Source: Candidatus Sericytochromatia bacterium (GTDB lineage Bacteria > Cyanobacteriota > Sericytochromatia > S15B-MN24 > JAQBPE01). Taken from it: a stretch of 64,000 nucleotides of DNA. The notes beneath the pieces are model-generated. The model made no database searches, was not told the origin of the DNA, and saw only the letters and a list, made by a program, of their open reading frames with translations. Shown here one piece after another: positions 53,705 through 62,668 of this stretch. Where the stretch lies: positions 10,910 through 74,909 of the forward strand of contig JAYKJB010000009.1 in NCBI GenBank assembly GCA_035285325.1, written 5' to 3'. Within the stretch, counting starts at the first letter, position 1. Each line of letters starts with the position of its first letter. A program made the position numbers and the translations under genes.

Positions 53705-54946
53705 ATGCGTACCCGTTGGCTTCCCCTGGCCATGTGCTTGCTTCCCCTGACGGCCTGTGGCCTCGAGCCCGGCTCCTCGCGCGCAACCTTGCGAACCACC
53801 CAAGCGTCCCGTCCCGCCGGCGCCCCAGCGATCCAAGCGGCCACTCAGCCGGCCGCGGCCGGGCCGGGGCTGGACGCCGGGGCCCGTGTCCTCCCAGGCG
53901 TCAGGAGGGAGACGCCCTTTGTGGAGCCCGAAACGCCCGCCGAGCCGGACGAGAACAGCGCGGAAACCAGCGCAGGGGTAGACCCCGAAGCGGCCGGAGG
54001 AATTCAAGCGGAAGCCCCCGCGGCCCCCCGCGCCTACGCCGAGGTCGAGCGGACGGATGCCGCAGGGCGCGCCCTGACGGACCCGTTCACCGATTTGCAA
54101 GCTCCGGTCTACCTGACGCCGCGCCACTACCCCCTCATCCTGCCCGGTAGCCCGGCCCCCCTTCCCGCCTTCTCGCCCCGCCCGGTGGACGTGTCGAAAC
54201 TGCCCACGGACGCCATCGTGGAACTGGCCCGCTTGGGCCGCCTGCGACAACGTAGGCGCGGTGCCTTGGCCTGGCTGGTGGGTTACAGTTTTCCGAAGCT
54301 GACGGCGGAGGCGACGCGAGCCCGATTGGCTGCCGGCGGCTCCATCTGGCTGGCACCGAGCGGCAGTCACTGGCATCGTGACCGTGCTTACTCGGAGGTG
54401 AAGTCCGCGGCGGTGCTGGACGCCATGCTGGAGGACTTGCGTCGCGCGGCGCTGGATGCCGCCGCCCGCGTCGCCCGCGAAGCCAACATCGAGGGACGCA
54501 TGCTGCTGCTGCCGGCCTTCAACAACACCTTCGACGTCTACAAGTTGTGGCTGCTGGAGCGGGTCATCGACGGCTATTCCTTTGGTGGCGAACCGGTGCG
54601 GCGCGGGGTTGTCACGGCTGCCAGCCTGCATGAGCAACGCGAGGTGAGACGTCGCGTCGCCACCTACTGGGAGGACCACCCGGGTTGCACCGCCGGGGAG
54701 TTGCGCACGGTCACGACCAGTGCCCTCGTGTCACGCTTCGCTGACCTCGAGCGCAGTGCCGCCACGTATGCGGCCAATCCGGCGGCCTATCTCGACGTCC
54801 AATGCATTCCCGGCTTGCGCGACCCGCGGCCCGTGCTCAACGGCGATCGCCGCTGGTACGACACCGACGTGCGATACAACGAGGAGGCCATCCGCACCAT
54901 GTGTCAGTCCATGCCCCAGGTGCTGCGGAGCGCGGTCTACCCCTGA
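53705..54946 (+). CDS. hypothetical lipoprotein
   Basis: Lipoprotein signal MRTRWLPLAMCLLPLTAC. Ala/Pro/Glu-rich linker, then a globular domain with no recognised family. Confidence 0.6.
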   Translation: MRTRWLPLAMCLLPLTACGLEPGSSRATLRTTQASRPAGAPAIQAATQPAAAGPGLDAGARVLPGVRRETPFVEPETPAEPDENSAETSAGVDPEAAGGIQAEAPAAPRAYAEVERTDAAGRALTDPFTDLQAPVYLTPRHYPLILPGSPAPLPAFSPRPVDVSKLPTDAIVELARLGRLRQRRRGALAWLVGYSFPKLTAEATRARLAAGGSIWLAPSGSHWHRDRAYSEVKSAAVLDAMLEDLRRAALDAAARVAREANIEGRMLLLPAFNNTFDVYKLWLLERVIDGYSFGGEPVRRGVVTAASLHEQREVRRRVATYWEDHPGCTAGELRTVTTSALVSRFADLERSAATYAANPAAYLDVQCIPGLRDPRPVLNGDRRWYDTDVRYNEEAIRTMCQSMPQVLRSAVYP

Positions 54947-55008
54947 CGCCTCCCCGGGCGGTCTGGCTGAACGGCCCTGCCCCGTGCAGGGCACCCGAGC
55001 ATTTTCAC

Positions 55009-55170
55009 GATAATAGGTATTATCCAGCCGGGCGCAACCTCTCAACGGTAGATTGCGGGTTTCCAGCCTTTCACCCCAGATAATGCGAGCACACCTCGCC
55101 CGCCCAGGGGGCCACCCTCCAGATAATGGAAGGCCCGTCGCGGGCTGGCCTGGTTTTGATTCAGATAATC
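55009..55170. promoter_or_regulatory. Fur-box-like GATAAT repeat array in a convergent intergenic region
   Basis: Palindrome GATAAT-AGGT-ATTATC at 55009-55024. Three direct CAGATAAT(G/C) copies start at 55077, 55120 and 55162, spaced 43 and 42 nt apart. A GC hairpin followed by TTTTCTTTC lies near 55184-55250. Confidence 0.45.
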
Positions 55171-55270
55171 GGGCCTGCCAAAGGAGGGCGAACAGGGGCA
55201 GGTCGATGATGGCGCCGAAGCCCTCACCCTCCTGAACGGTTTTCTTTCATAACGCCAGGATCTGTCGCGT

Positions 55271-55915
55271 TCAGCGCCGCACGATGTCATTGGCGGAATA
55301 CTGCCCGGCCTCCTCGACCCGCAGGACCACCGCCTCCATGGCCTCTTTGGCGCCGCGCGTCCGCGCACAGGCGATGCTCTCCTCGATCGGGCAGGTGAAC
55401 CCCACGAACAGACGCGTGGGAGCGCCCTTGGCGCGTGGCCGGAAGGGCCGGACCGTGTGCAAGCAGTCCGGATTCGCACAGGCGATCTCGACGGCCATCA
55501 GCCGCTCGGCCTCCGCCAGCGAGGCCACGCGCGCCTCCAAACGCCGCCGGGTGCCGCCCCGCACGAGGCGATCGCCCTCGTAGGCATTCACGTAGAGGTT
55601 GGGCAGGATCCCCTGCTCGAAGTCTGGATGCACCAGCAGGTTGCGTGGCACGCGGCGATCGCCGATCAGGCTATCCATCCGTCGCTGCTGGTGGCCCAGA
55701 AAGGCCACCAGCGACTCCCACGACGCCCGCCCGACCATCTGACCGTCCCGGACGAGCTGAACGCCCTGAGGTCCTACGCGCAGGGTAAAGGTCTCACCAT
55801 TGGCGTGAACCCACATGGCCCCCTCACCCAGTCGCTCGAGCAAGGCAGACTGCACCAGTGGTCGGGTCGAATCCAACATCATGGACTCCTCTCGAAAAAC
55901 GTCAGGGGCACCCAC
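55271..55915 (-). CDS. hypothetical protein with C-terminal 4-Cys zinc-ribbon-like motif
   Basis: 214-aa ORF with CANPDC ... CPIEESIAC near the C-terminus. No recognised family. The start may be at the internal MMLDSTRP. Confidence 0.45.
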   Translation of the reverse strand: MGAPDVFREESMMLDSTRPLVQSALLERLGEGAMWVHANGETFTLRVGPQGVQLVRDGQMVGRASWESLVAFLGHQQRRMDSLIGDRRVPRNLLVHPDFEQGILPNLYVNAYEGDRLVRGGTRRRLEARVASLAEAERLMAVEIACANPDCLHTVRPFRPRAKGAPTRLFVGFTCPIEESIACARTRGAKEAMEAVVLRVEEAGQYSANDIVRR

Positions 55916-56151
55916 GCACGCGTGGCGCGGAGGGGAGGGGGAGATGAAGACCGGTCCTCACTATACCCCAGCCGGATCCGGGGGTCGATCCCCAGTGTCC
56001 GCGCCCGGCCAATGGTCCAGCTCAGGCCAGCGCCTCGATGCTTGAAAAACCCGCCCCGGTTCGAGGGTTCCGGACATCCCCACAGCGGGTGTGGAACCCG
56101 CACTTCTGAGGAATATGGAACTTGTGGCCTCGCCCCTGAGGGAGATTCCGG

Positions 56152-57576
56152 TTGGCCTCCGAGATTCAGCCCAATCGCCCCACGGGGAAGGTGCCCGGCG
56201 GCTTGCCGAGCTCCGACTCCGTTCATATGAACACCCGAGGCGGTAACGGCCGGGGTGGCGGACGCCGTCGCCAAAACCCGGACGACGAGCCGGAGGAGGG
56301 CCCCGCCTCCAGTGAGGAGGAAGGCAAGCTCGAGGCGGATTCCTTTCTGGGGGCCAGTGCCTCGTCCCAGATGGCCCAGCTGTTCTCCGAAGCCCTGCCG
56401 TGGGAAGGGGCGCAGGCCGAGCCCGCTCCCCACCCGCCGCAAGGGCGCACGCCAGGCCCACGCCTGAAGGGTGCGACGCCCTTGCCCCCCAGGACGACCA
56501 AGCTCTCGAACCCGGGAGCTCAGGGCTCGAGCGCGGGCCAGGGCGACACGGACCTGGCACACATCCGGATTCCGGAGGCCCCCACCGCCAGAAGGACGCC
56601 CCTCGCTCCGCTGGTTCCTCCCGGCAGCGGACGCCGCGTCGATGCCCACTTCGATCCCACGGCGGCGCTCAACCAGACCATCCTGGCGCAGCAGGAGCTG
56701 CAAAATCGAAAGCAGGAAGCGCCGCCTCCCTCCGTCACTCCGGTCCTGCCATCCCAGCAAGGGGCAACGGAAATCTCGCGTTTGCTGCGACAGCCCACCC
56801 CCTCCGTGGCGCCGGTCGTGCCGCCACTGGAGGCCGAACCGTTCGTGGGACCGGTGCTGCCCACCGAAGTTCCAGACCAGAGCGAGGTCGGGGCGGGAGC
56901 CGCCACAGTTCCGGAGGCGAACCGCTCCCCCATTCCCCCGCCGCCTGCCCCCTCGGGGGGCCCCGCCCGTTCTCCCCTGCCCTCGCGTCCCGTGCCTCCC
57001 CCGGCGGCGGACCCGCGCCGCCCTGCCCCCGTCGCGCCCCCGCCGCCGGCAAACCACGCGCCCGGCGAAGGCCTCTCCGCGGCGCACGCCACGCCCGGCG
57101 GGGCACCTGAACGCCCACGCGCCCCCACGTTGCCGAATGCCCCAGAGGCCAAGGGAATCGCCGCGCGCTCCCCGGAGCGACCCCGCCTTTCCGCGCTCTC
57201 GGATGCGATCGAGGCACTCCCCGTGCTGACGGCCGCTCCCCCCCAGGCGGCCCCCCCTCATTCGGAACCACAAGCTCCGGCCAAGGCCGGAGGTCCGGCG
57301 TCGAGCGGACGCGCCGCCTGCATGTACCGGGTGGTGGACCTGCTGACGGACATCCCCGTTGCGCGGGCCCGGATCGAGATTGAGCCCCTGCACGATGACC
57401 TGCTGCCTGTCATCAACGGTCAGACCGACAGCGATGGATGGTTCAGGCAGTCGGACATTCCCCCCGGGGAGTATCGCGTGGCGGTTCGGGCAGCGGGCTA
57501 TGTCCCCGTCTACAAGGAACGTGGCCTGGCACCATCGAGCATCGATGACCTGGCGATATTTCTCGCAAAGCCGTGA
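56152..57576 (+). CDS. proline-rich protein with C-terminal carboxypeptidase-regulatory-like (transthyretin-like) domain
   Basis: TTG start with a GAGGGAG RBS. About 380 aa of Pro/Ala-rich low complexity are followed by ACMYRVVDLLTDIPVARARIEIEPL...GQTDSDGWFRQSDIPPGEYRVAVRAAGYVPV. No signal peptide. Confidence 0.5.
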   Translation: MASEIQPNRPTGKVPGGLPSSDSVHMNTRGGNGRGGGRRRQNPDDEPEEGPASSEEEGKLEADSFLGASASSQMAQLFSEALPWEGAQAEPAPHPPQGRTPGPRLKGATPLPPRTTKLSNPGAQGSSAGQGDTDLAHIRIPEAPTARRTPLAPLVPPGSGRRVDAHFDPTAALNQTILAQQELQNRKQEAPPPSVTPVLPSQQGATEISRLLRQPTPSVAPVVPPLEAEPFVGPVLPTEVPDQSEVGAGAATVPEANRSPIPPPPAPSGGPARSPLPSRPVPPPAADPRRPAPVAPPPPANHAPGEGLSAAHATPGGAPERPRAPTLPNAPEAKGIAARSPERPRLSALSDAIEALPVLTAAPPQAAPPHSEPQAPAKAGGPASSGRAACMYRVVDLLTDIPVARARIEIEPLHDDLLPVINGQTDSDGWFRQSDIPPGEYRVAVRAAGYVPVYKERGLAPSSIDDLAIFLAKP

Positions 57577-57989
57577 GGCGTTCGCAGACAGCGCGGCTCG
57601 GGAGCGTTTCAGACGAACCATGACTCTCTGGCAAGGCGCAGGGGGACGCCCTGCTCGACGTCCCTCTGCGACGAGCGGCGTTGCCATCCACGCGCAGCGT
57701 CCGCGATGTTGGCCGTGCTCATCGCCACCCCGCGATGAGGCCTTGATCACAACATAAGCTTTTCCTGATCTGAAGTTTGTATCTCGCAGCAGGTCCTGCG
57801 GAATATTCCGTTCGAGCCTGCAAAGTCGCGTGATGCTTGCACAATGTGAAACTGACGGCCCTTCCGCTTCACAATACATTACAATAATTACCACTGCTTC
57901 ACAAAAGTTGACTGGAAGTGATTTTCGCGATCCGATACGATCATCCTTGGCTTGGAAACCAACCTCCCAAACTCACGAAGGAGACCTGA

Positions 57990-58727
57990 ATGAACAAGGT
58001 GTACGCCGGCGCGAGTCCGAAGGAGAAGGAAAAACTCGTCAACGAGTATCTGCCTCTCGTCCACAAGATCGCGCGGGGCCTTGCTCGTCGTAGCACCGAC
58101 CCGGTGGATGACCTGATTCAGGTGGGTTCGATCGGGTTGCTCGAAGCGATCAATCGCTATGAGACCGGTCACAACACGGAATTCAAGACCTACGCGGTCC
58201 ATTTCATCACGGGCCACATCCGGCACTATCTGCGGGACAGGCAGACCCTGGTGCGGGGCCCGCGCGCCCTCCAGGAACTCTCCTACCGCTTGCGGCAAGT
58301 CACCCAGGAACTGGGTCACCGCTTGGGACGCGAAGCGACGAACCAGGAACTGGCCGACACGCTCAACGTTTCGACGGACCTGATTGACCAGGCCCGCGTG
58401 TACGACCGCCGCGTCACCGTGATGTGGCTCGACCAGGAGACCGGCGACGGCGAGGAAGACGAACAACGCTCGTTGCTCAACACCCTGGCTGATCCGACCA
58501 CCAGCAACGCGCATCAAAACGAGCGAGATGAACGCTTGGTGCTGACGGAAGCCATGAAGCACCTGCCCGACCACCAGCGCGAGTTGCTTCAGATGCGTTA
58601 CTTCGACGACCTGACCCAAGCGGAACTCAGCCGTCGTCTGGGCATCAGCCAGATGGAAGTCTGTCGGCGGCTGAAGAAGGCCGAAAAAGGACTGCGGCTG
58701 ATCGTCTCCAACGCGCCGGCGCGCTGA
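57990..58727 (+). CDS. RNA polymerase sigma factor, sigma-70 family group 3 (SigB/SigF-like)
   Basis: GAAGGAG RBS. Region 2 DLIQVGSIGLLEAINRYETGHNTEFKTYAVHFITGHIRHYLRD and region 4 LTQAELSRRLGISQMEVCRRLKKA. 245 aa. Confidence 0.85.
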   Translation: MNKVYAGASPKEKEKLVNEYLPLVHKIARGLARRSTDPVDDLIQVGSIGLLEAINRYETGHNTEFKTYAVHFITGHIRHYLRDRQTLVRGPRALQELSYRLRQVTQELGHRLGREATNQELADTLNVSTDLIDQARVYDRRVTVMWLDQETGDGEEDEQRSLLNTLADPTTSNAHQNERDERLVLTEAMKHLPDHQRELLQMRYFDDLTQAELSRRLGISQMEVCRRLKKAEKGLRLIVSNAPAR

Positions 58728-58746
58728 GCGCGGGAACTGAACCAAT

Positions 58747-58790
58747 GGCGAGGACGGTGCCCCGACAGGCGCCGTCCTCGCCGTTTGGGG
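58747..58790 (+). terminator. terminator after the sigma factor gene
   Basis: GGCGAGGACGG ... CCGTCCTCGCC is a perfect 11-bp stem, followed by GTTTGGGGG. Confidence 0.5.
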
Positions 58791-58890
58791 GAGCCCCTCT
58801 CAGGGGGCCCGGTTGTGGTAGGATTGGAGCCGTCTCGGGCCCCTTGCCGGTGGACCCCGATGGAACTGGATTTCTCGCAGAGGGAAACTC

Positions 58891-59415
58891 GTGGTCGATT
58901 CCAGCAAGCAAGGCCCCAAGCTAGCCAGCATGTTCGTCTACGCGACGGTGGCGTTGGTCCTGGACCAGTTGCTCAAGGCTTGGGTCGTGACCCACATGAC
59001 CTTGCATTACCCCTCGATTCCACTGATTCCCGGCTACTTTGCCCTGACCTACACGCAAAACTTCGGGTCCGCCTGGAGCATGTTCTGGGGGCAGACCTTG
59101 CTGCTGATTGGCATCGCAGGCTCGGTGGCCCTCGGGATCGTGTTCTATGCCATTCAGCTGAGGGAACGTACCTGGCTGCAGATGGCTGGTCTTGGTTTCC
59201 TGCTCGGAGGCGCCCTGGGCAACCTCTACGACCGGGCTCGACTCGGATACGTCATCGACATGTTCGACCTGCAGCGGCACGGGCAGAATATCTTCCCCAT
59301 CTTCAATGTGGCAGACATGTGCATCGACGTCGGCGTCGGTTTGATGCTGCTATGCACCTACCTGGTGAGCAAGCAGGACGCCCTGAACGAGGCGCTGGGT
59401 AAGGGAGAGGGATAA
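58891..59415 (+). CDS. lspA: lipoprotein signal peptidase (signal peptidase II)
   Basis: LspA blocks NFGSAWS, FNVADMCI and GALGNLYDR. The start may be the internal ATG 58930. Confidence 0.85.
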   Translation: MVDSSKQGPKLASMFVYATVALVLDQLLKAWVVTHMTLHYPSIPLIPGYFALTYTQNFGSAWSMFWGQTLLLIGIAGSVALGIVFYAIQLRERTWLQMAGLGFLLGGALGNLYDRARLGYVIDMFDLQRHGQNIFPIFNVADMCIDVGVGLMLLCTYLVSKQDALNEALGKGEG

Positions 59416-59422
59416 AGGCGTC

Positions 59423-60118
59423 ATGCGAGTCACCACGCGCCGTTTTTTCGTGACCGTGACCTGTCTGGGCGTGCTGACACAGACGGCGGGATGCGCCTGG
59501 CTCTTCCAAGGTTCTCCGGAGGCTCCCAGCAAACAAGCCGAGCAATTGAAGCTGGCAGGGCCGACCCTCGAAGAACTGCAGCGGGAGACGCACCGTCGGT
59601 TTCGCCCCAATCCCCTCTGGGTGAAGGAAACCGGGGCCCGCGGTTTGCCGCTTGGTGCCAACAAGGAAACAGTCCGGCTGCGCTGGGGCAAGCCAGAACG
59701 GGTGGCCGCGAGCAACCGAGGAGAGTGGTGGGAGTACGAGGAAGTGTCGGCGACGCTGCCCGGAGCTCGCGCCAAAGAGGAGGGATTGGGAGGCGACGTT
59801 CCGCAGACCGGCCTTCACGTCAAACTCTTCTTCGCGGACGCCGCGGAGCCGGTGGTCAATCACATCCAGGTGTGGGCGCCTTCCCGCCTGCAAACCCGAA
59901 CCTTCCTGCGGCCGCTTGACCCCGCGACGCGCGTCATCCGCAAGTATGGCCCGCCGGCAGCGAGCCTGCGCTGGGGTTTCGGCGGCGGTGAGGTCTGGAT
60001 CTATCCTGCGGCCGACGTGGCCTACGTGGTCACGCCCGAGCATCCTCAGCAACCCCGGGCCATCGCGGCCATCTTGATGGGGCTTCAGCCCCCAGTTCAG
60101 GAGCGTCCTTCGCCATGA
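59423..60118 (+). CDS. hypothetical lipoprotein
   Basis: Signal MRVTTRRFFVTVTCLGVLTQTAGC, immediately after lspA. Its 3' end overlaps the enoyl-CoA hydratase start (ATGA). Confidence 0.55.
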   Translation: MRVTTRRFFVTVTCLGVLTQTAGCAWLFQGSPEAPSKQAEQLKLAGPTLEELQRETHRRFRPNPLWVKETGARGLPLGANKETVRLRWGKPERVAASNRGEWWEYEEVSATLPGARAKEEGLGGDVPQTGLHVKLFFADAAEPVVNHIQVWAPSRLQTRTFLRPLDPATRVIRKYGPPAASLRWGFGGGEVWIYPAADVAYVVTPEHPQQPRAIAAILMGLQPPVQERPSP

Positions 60119-60906
60119 CATCCCCGGTCGACAGCGTGATGGTATCGCGCGAGGGTGCTATTGCCACTCTGACGCTTCATCGCCCCGAACGGATGAATGC
60201 CCTCGACCGGGCCACCCTGCGAGGGCTTCGCGAGGCCGTCGACGCGATCTGGGGAGACCGCGACGTGCGCGCCGTGATCGTGACAGGCGCCGGCGACAAG
60301 GCCTTTTGCGCCGGGGCAGACCTGAAAGAACGCGCCGGAATGTCGCCGGATGAGGTCAGGCGCTTTCTCAAGCATATCCGGGAACTGATGAACGAAATCG
60401 AACATCTTCCCAAGCCAGTCATCGCGGCGGTCAATGGCTTGGCCCTCGGCGGTGGAACGGAACTCGCGCTGGCTTGCGACATCCGGATCGCCGCGGAACA
60501 AGCCTTGATGGGGCTGACCGAGACCACCTTGGCCATCATTCCGGGGGCGGGCGGGACGCAACGCCTTCCTCGCCTGGTGGGCAAGGGGCGCGCCAAGGAG
60601 CTAATCTTCACCGGACGCCGGGTGGCGGCGCCTGAGGCGCTGTCGCTGGGCCTGGTGGAACGGGTGGTACCGGCGGACCGTCTGCTGGAGGAGGCCCGCG
60701 CGCTCGCCACGCAGATCATCGAACAGACGGGGCCCGTGGCGATCGCCCAGGCCAAGTTCGCGATCAACCGCGGCCTGGAGGTCGACCTGGAGACGGGCCT
60801 GGCACTGGAAGCGAAGGCCTATGAGGTGACCATCCCGACCTGGGATCGCCAGGAAGCCTTGCGGGCTTTCAGCGAGAAGCGCAAACCCGAATTTCGCGGC
60901 GAGTGA
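60115..60906 (+). CDS. enoyl-CoA hydratase/isomerase (crotonase family)
   Basis: Crotonase blocks TLHRPERMNAL, AFCAGADLKE and the oxyanion-hole region GLALGGGTELALACD. Confidence 0.9.
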   Translation: MTSPVDSVMVSREGAIATLTLHRPERMNALDRATLRGLREAVDAIWGDRDVRAVIVTGAGDKAFCAGADLKERAGMSPDEVRRFLKHIRELMNEIEHLPKPVIAAVNGLALGGGTELALACDIRIAAEQALMGLTETTLAIIPGAGGTQRLPRLVGKGRAKELIFTGRRVAAPEALSLGLVERVVPADRLLEEARALATQIIEQTGPVAIAQAKFAINRGLEVDLETGLALEAKAYEVTIPTWDRQEALRAFSEKRKPEFRGE

Positions 60907-60985
60907 GGTCAAGGGCGTCCTTGATCCCGCCTGAAAATGGCCGTAAAATCAAGCTTCCCAGCATTGTGAATCGAAGGAGCTTCCG

Positions 60986-62533
60986 ATGACCGCCCCCACT
61001 GTGTCCCCCACGACGGACGAACTGCACAGCCGCATCCAGGCCATTCAATCGGGCGGTGCGCCCAAGTACCACGAGAGCGCCAAGGCCGCCGGGAAGCTGT
61101 TCGCCCGCGATCGCATTGCCTTGCTGGTCGATGAAGGTTCCTTCCAGGAAGACGGTCTCTTCGCCAACTGCAACGCCAAGGATCTGCCTGCGGATGGCGT
61201 GGTGACCGGCATCGGAATGATTGACGGTCGCCCCGTTGCGATCATGGCCAACGATTCCACCGTCAAGGCGGGTTCCTGGGGGCAGCGGACGGTCGAAAAA
61301 ATCATCCGCATCCAGGAAACCGCGCAGAAACTGCGCATCCCGCTTTTTTACCTGGTCGACTCGGCCGGCGCGCGCATCACCGACCAGGTGGAGATGTTCC
61401 CGGGCCGCCGCGGAGCGGGGCGTATCTTCTTCAATCAGGTTCGCCTGTCCGGCGTGATCCCGCAGGTCTGCGTGCTTTTCGGGCCATCGGCTGCCGGAGG
61501 CGCCTACATTCCGGCCTTTTGCGACGTCGTGATCATGGTAGAAGCCAATGCCAGCATGTACCTGGGCTCGCCTCGTATGGCGGAGATGGTGATCGGCGAA
61601 AAGGTCTCGCTGGAAGAGATGGGCGGCGCGCGCATGCACTGCACCACCAGCGGTTGTGGTGACTTCCTGGCGAAGACCGAGGAAGAGGCCATTGAAACGG
61701 CCAAACGCTACATTTCCTATTTCCCCTCGAACTGCACGGAACCTGCGCCCATGGTCGAAGGCAAGGCCATCGTGGCCGGTGGCAAGCCGATCGAAGAGGT
61801 GGTGCCCCCCAACCAGAACACCCCCTTCGACATGATGAACGTCATCACCCAGCTGGTGGACGAGGGCAGCTTCCTGCCGGTCAAGAAGTTGTTCGCCCAG
61901 GAAATGCTGACCGGGCTCGGCCGGATTGACGGACGCGTGGTGGGCATCCTGGCCAATCAACCCAAGGTCAAGGGCGGCGTGCTGTTTGTCGACTCGGCGG
62001 ATAAGGCCGCGCGCTTCATGTGGCTGTGTGACGCGTTCAACATTCCTTTGCTGTTCCTCTCCGACGTGCCGGGCTTCATGATTGGCTCGAAGGTGGAAAA
62101 GGAAGGCATCATCCGCCACGGCGCCAAGATGATTTCCGCGATGTCGGACGCCACCGTCCCGAAGATCTGTGTGGTGGTGCGAAAGGCGTACGGGGCTGGC
62201 CTTTACGCGATGAGCGGCCCCGCTTTCGAGCCTGAATGTACGATCGCCCTGCCCACTGCCTCGATCGCGGTGATGGGGCCGGAAGCGGCCATCAACGCGG
62301 TCTATGCCAACAAAATTGCGGAGCTCGAGGGAGAGGCCAAACAAGCCTTCATTGAAGAGAAACGGCGCGAATATCAAGCGGATATCGACATTTACCGCCT
62401 CGCCTCCGAACTCGTGATCGACGACATCGTGCCAGGTAACGCCCTGCGGGAGGAACTGATTCGCCGCTTTGCGCGCGCCGAATCGAAGGAGGTCGAGACG
62501 CCCCTGCGCAAGCATGGCGTCTACCCGGTCTGA
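60986..62533 (+). CDS. acyl-CoA carboxylase carboxyltransferase subunit (methylcrotonoyl-/propionyl-CoA carboxylase beta-type)
   Basis: Carboxyl-transferase domain blocks VTGIGMIDGRPVAIMANDSTVKAGSWG and ADKAARFMWLCDAFNIPLLFLSDVPGFMIG. 515 aa. Confidence 0.9.
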   Translation: MTAPTVSPTTDELHSRIQAIQSGGAPKYHESAKAAGKLFARDRIALLVDEGSFQEDGLFANCNAKDLPADGVVTGIGMIDGRPVAIMANDSTVKAGSWGQRTVEKIIRIQETAQKLRIPLFYLVDSAGARITDQVEMFPGRRGAGRIFFNQVRLSGVIPQVCVLFGPSAAGGAYIPAFCDVVIMVEANASMYLGSPRMAEMVIGEKVSLEEMGGARMHCTTSGCGDFLAKTEEEAIETAKRYISYFPSNCTEPAPMVEGKAIVAGGKPIEEVVPPNQNTPFDMMNVITQLVDEGSFLPVKKLFAQEMLTGLGRIDGRVVGILANQPKVKGGVLFVDSADKAARFMWLCDAFNIPLLFLSDVPGFMIGSKVEKEGIIRHGAKMISAMSDATVPKICVVVRKAYGAGLYAMSGPAFEPECTIALPTASIAVMGPEAAINAVYANKIAELEGEAKQAFIEEKRREYQADIDIYRLASELVIDDIVPGNALREELIRRFARAESKEVETPLRKHGVYPV

Positions 62534-62563
62534 ACGCGGCCGCACGCCCTCATCAGCAGGTTT

Positions 62564-62601
62564 CCGCACGTCCCTATGACGCAGGACGTGCGGTTTTTTT
62601 T
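62564..62601 (+). terminator. classical Rho-independent terminator
   Basis: CCGCACGTCC-CTATGACGCA-GGACGTGCGG is a perfect 10-bp stem, followed by TTTTTTTT. Confidence 0.8.
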
Positions 62602-62603
62602 GC

Positions 62604-62632
62604 TTGTCACATGGGCATGGAAGGGGTAACAT
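62604..62632 (+). promoter_or_regulatory. sigma70-like promoter for the GAF/HD-GYP gene
   Basis: TTGTCA, a 17-nt spacer, then TAACAT. An AGGAG RBS precedes ATG 62669. Confidence 0.4.
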
Positions 62633-62668
62633 AATCCATTGTTTTGCTTCCGGGGACAGGAGATCGCG

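Noticed and set aside
55053-55235. 60-aa ORF overlapping the GATAAT repeat array.
   Set aside because: The three repeats fall in different codon phases. The translation is Arg/Pro/Gly-rich with no RBS. It is treated as non-coding.
57900-57945. Sigma-28 (FliA)-type promoter (TAAAGTTT-N11-GCCGATAA) upstream of the sigma factor gene. I considered it because of AAAGTTGA and CCGATA elements and the orphan flhB.
   Set aside because: The spacing between the two elements is about 10 nt too long.
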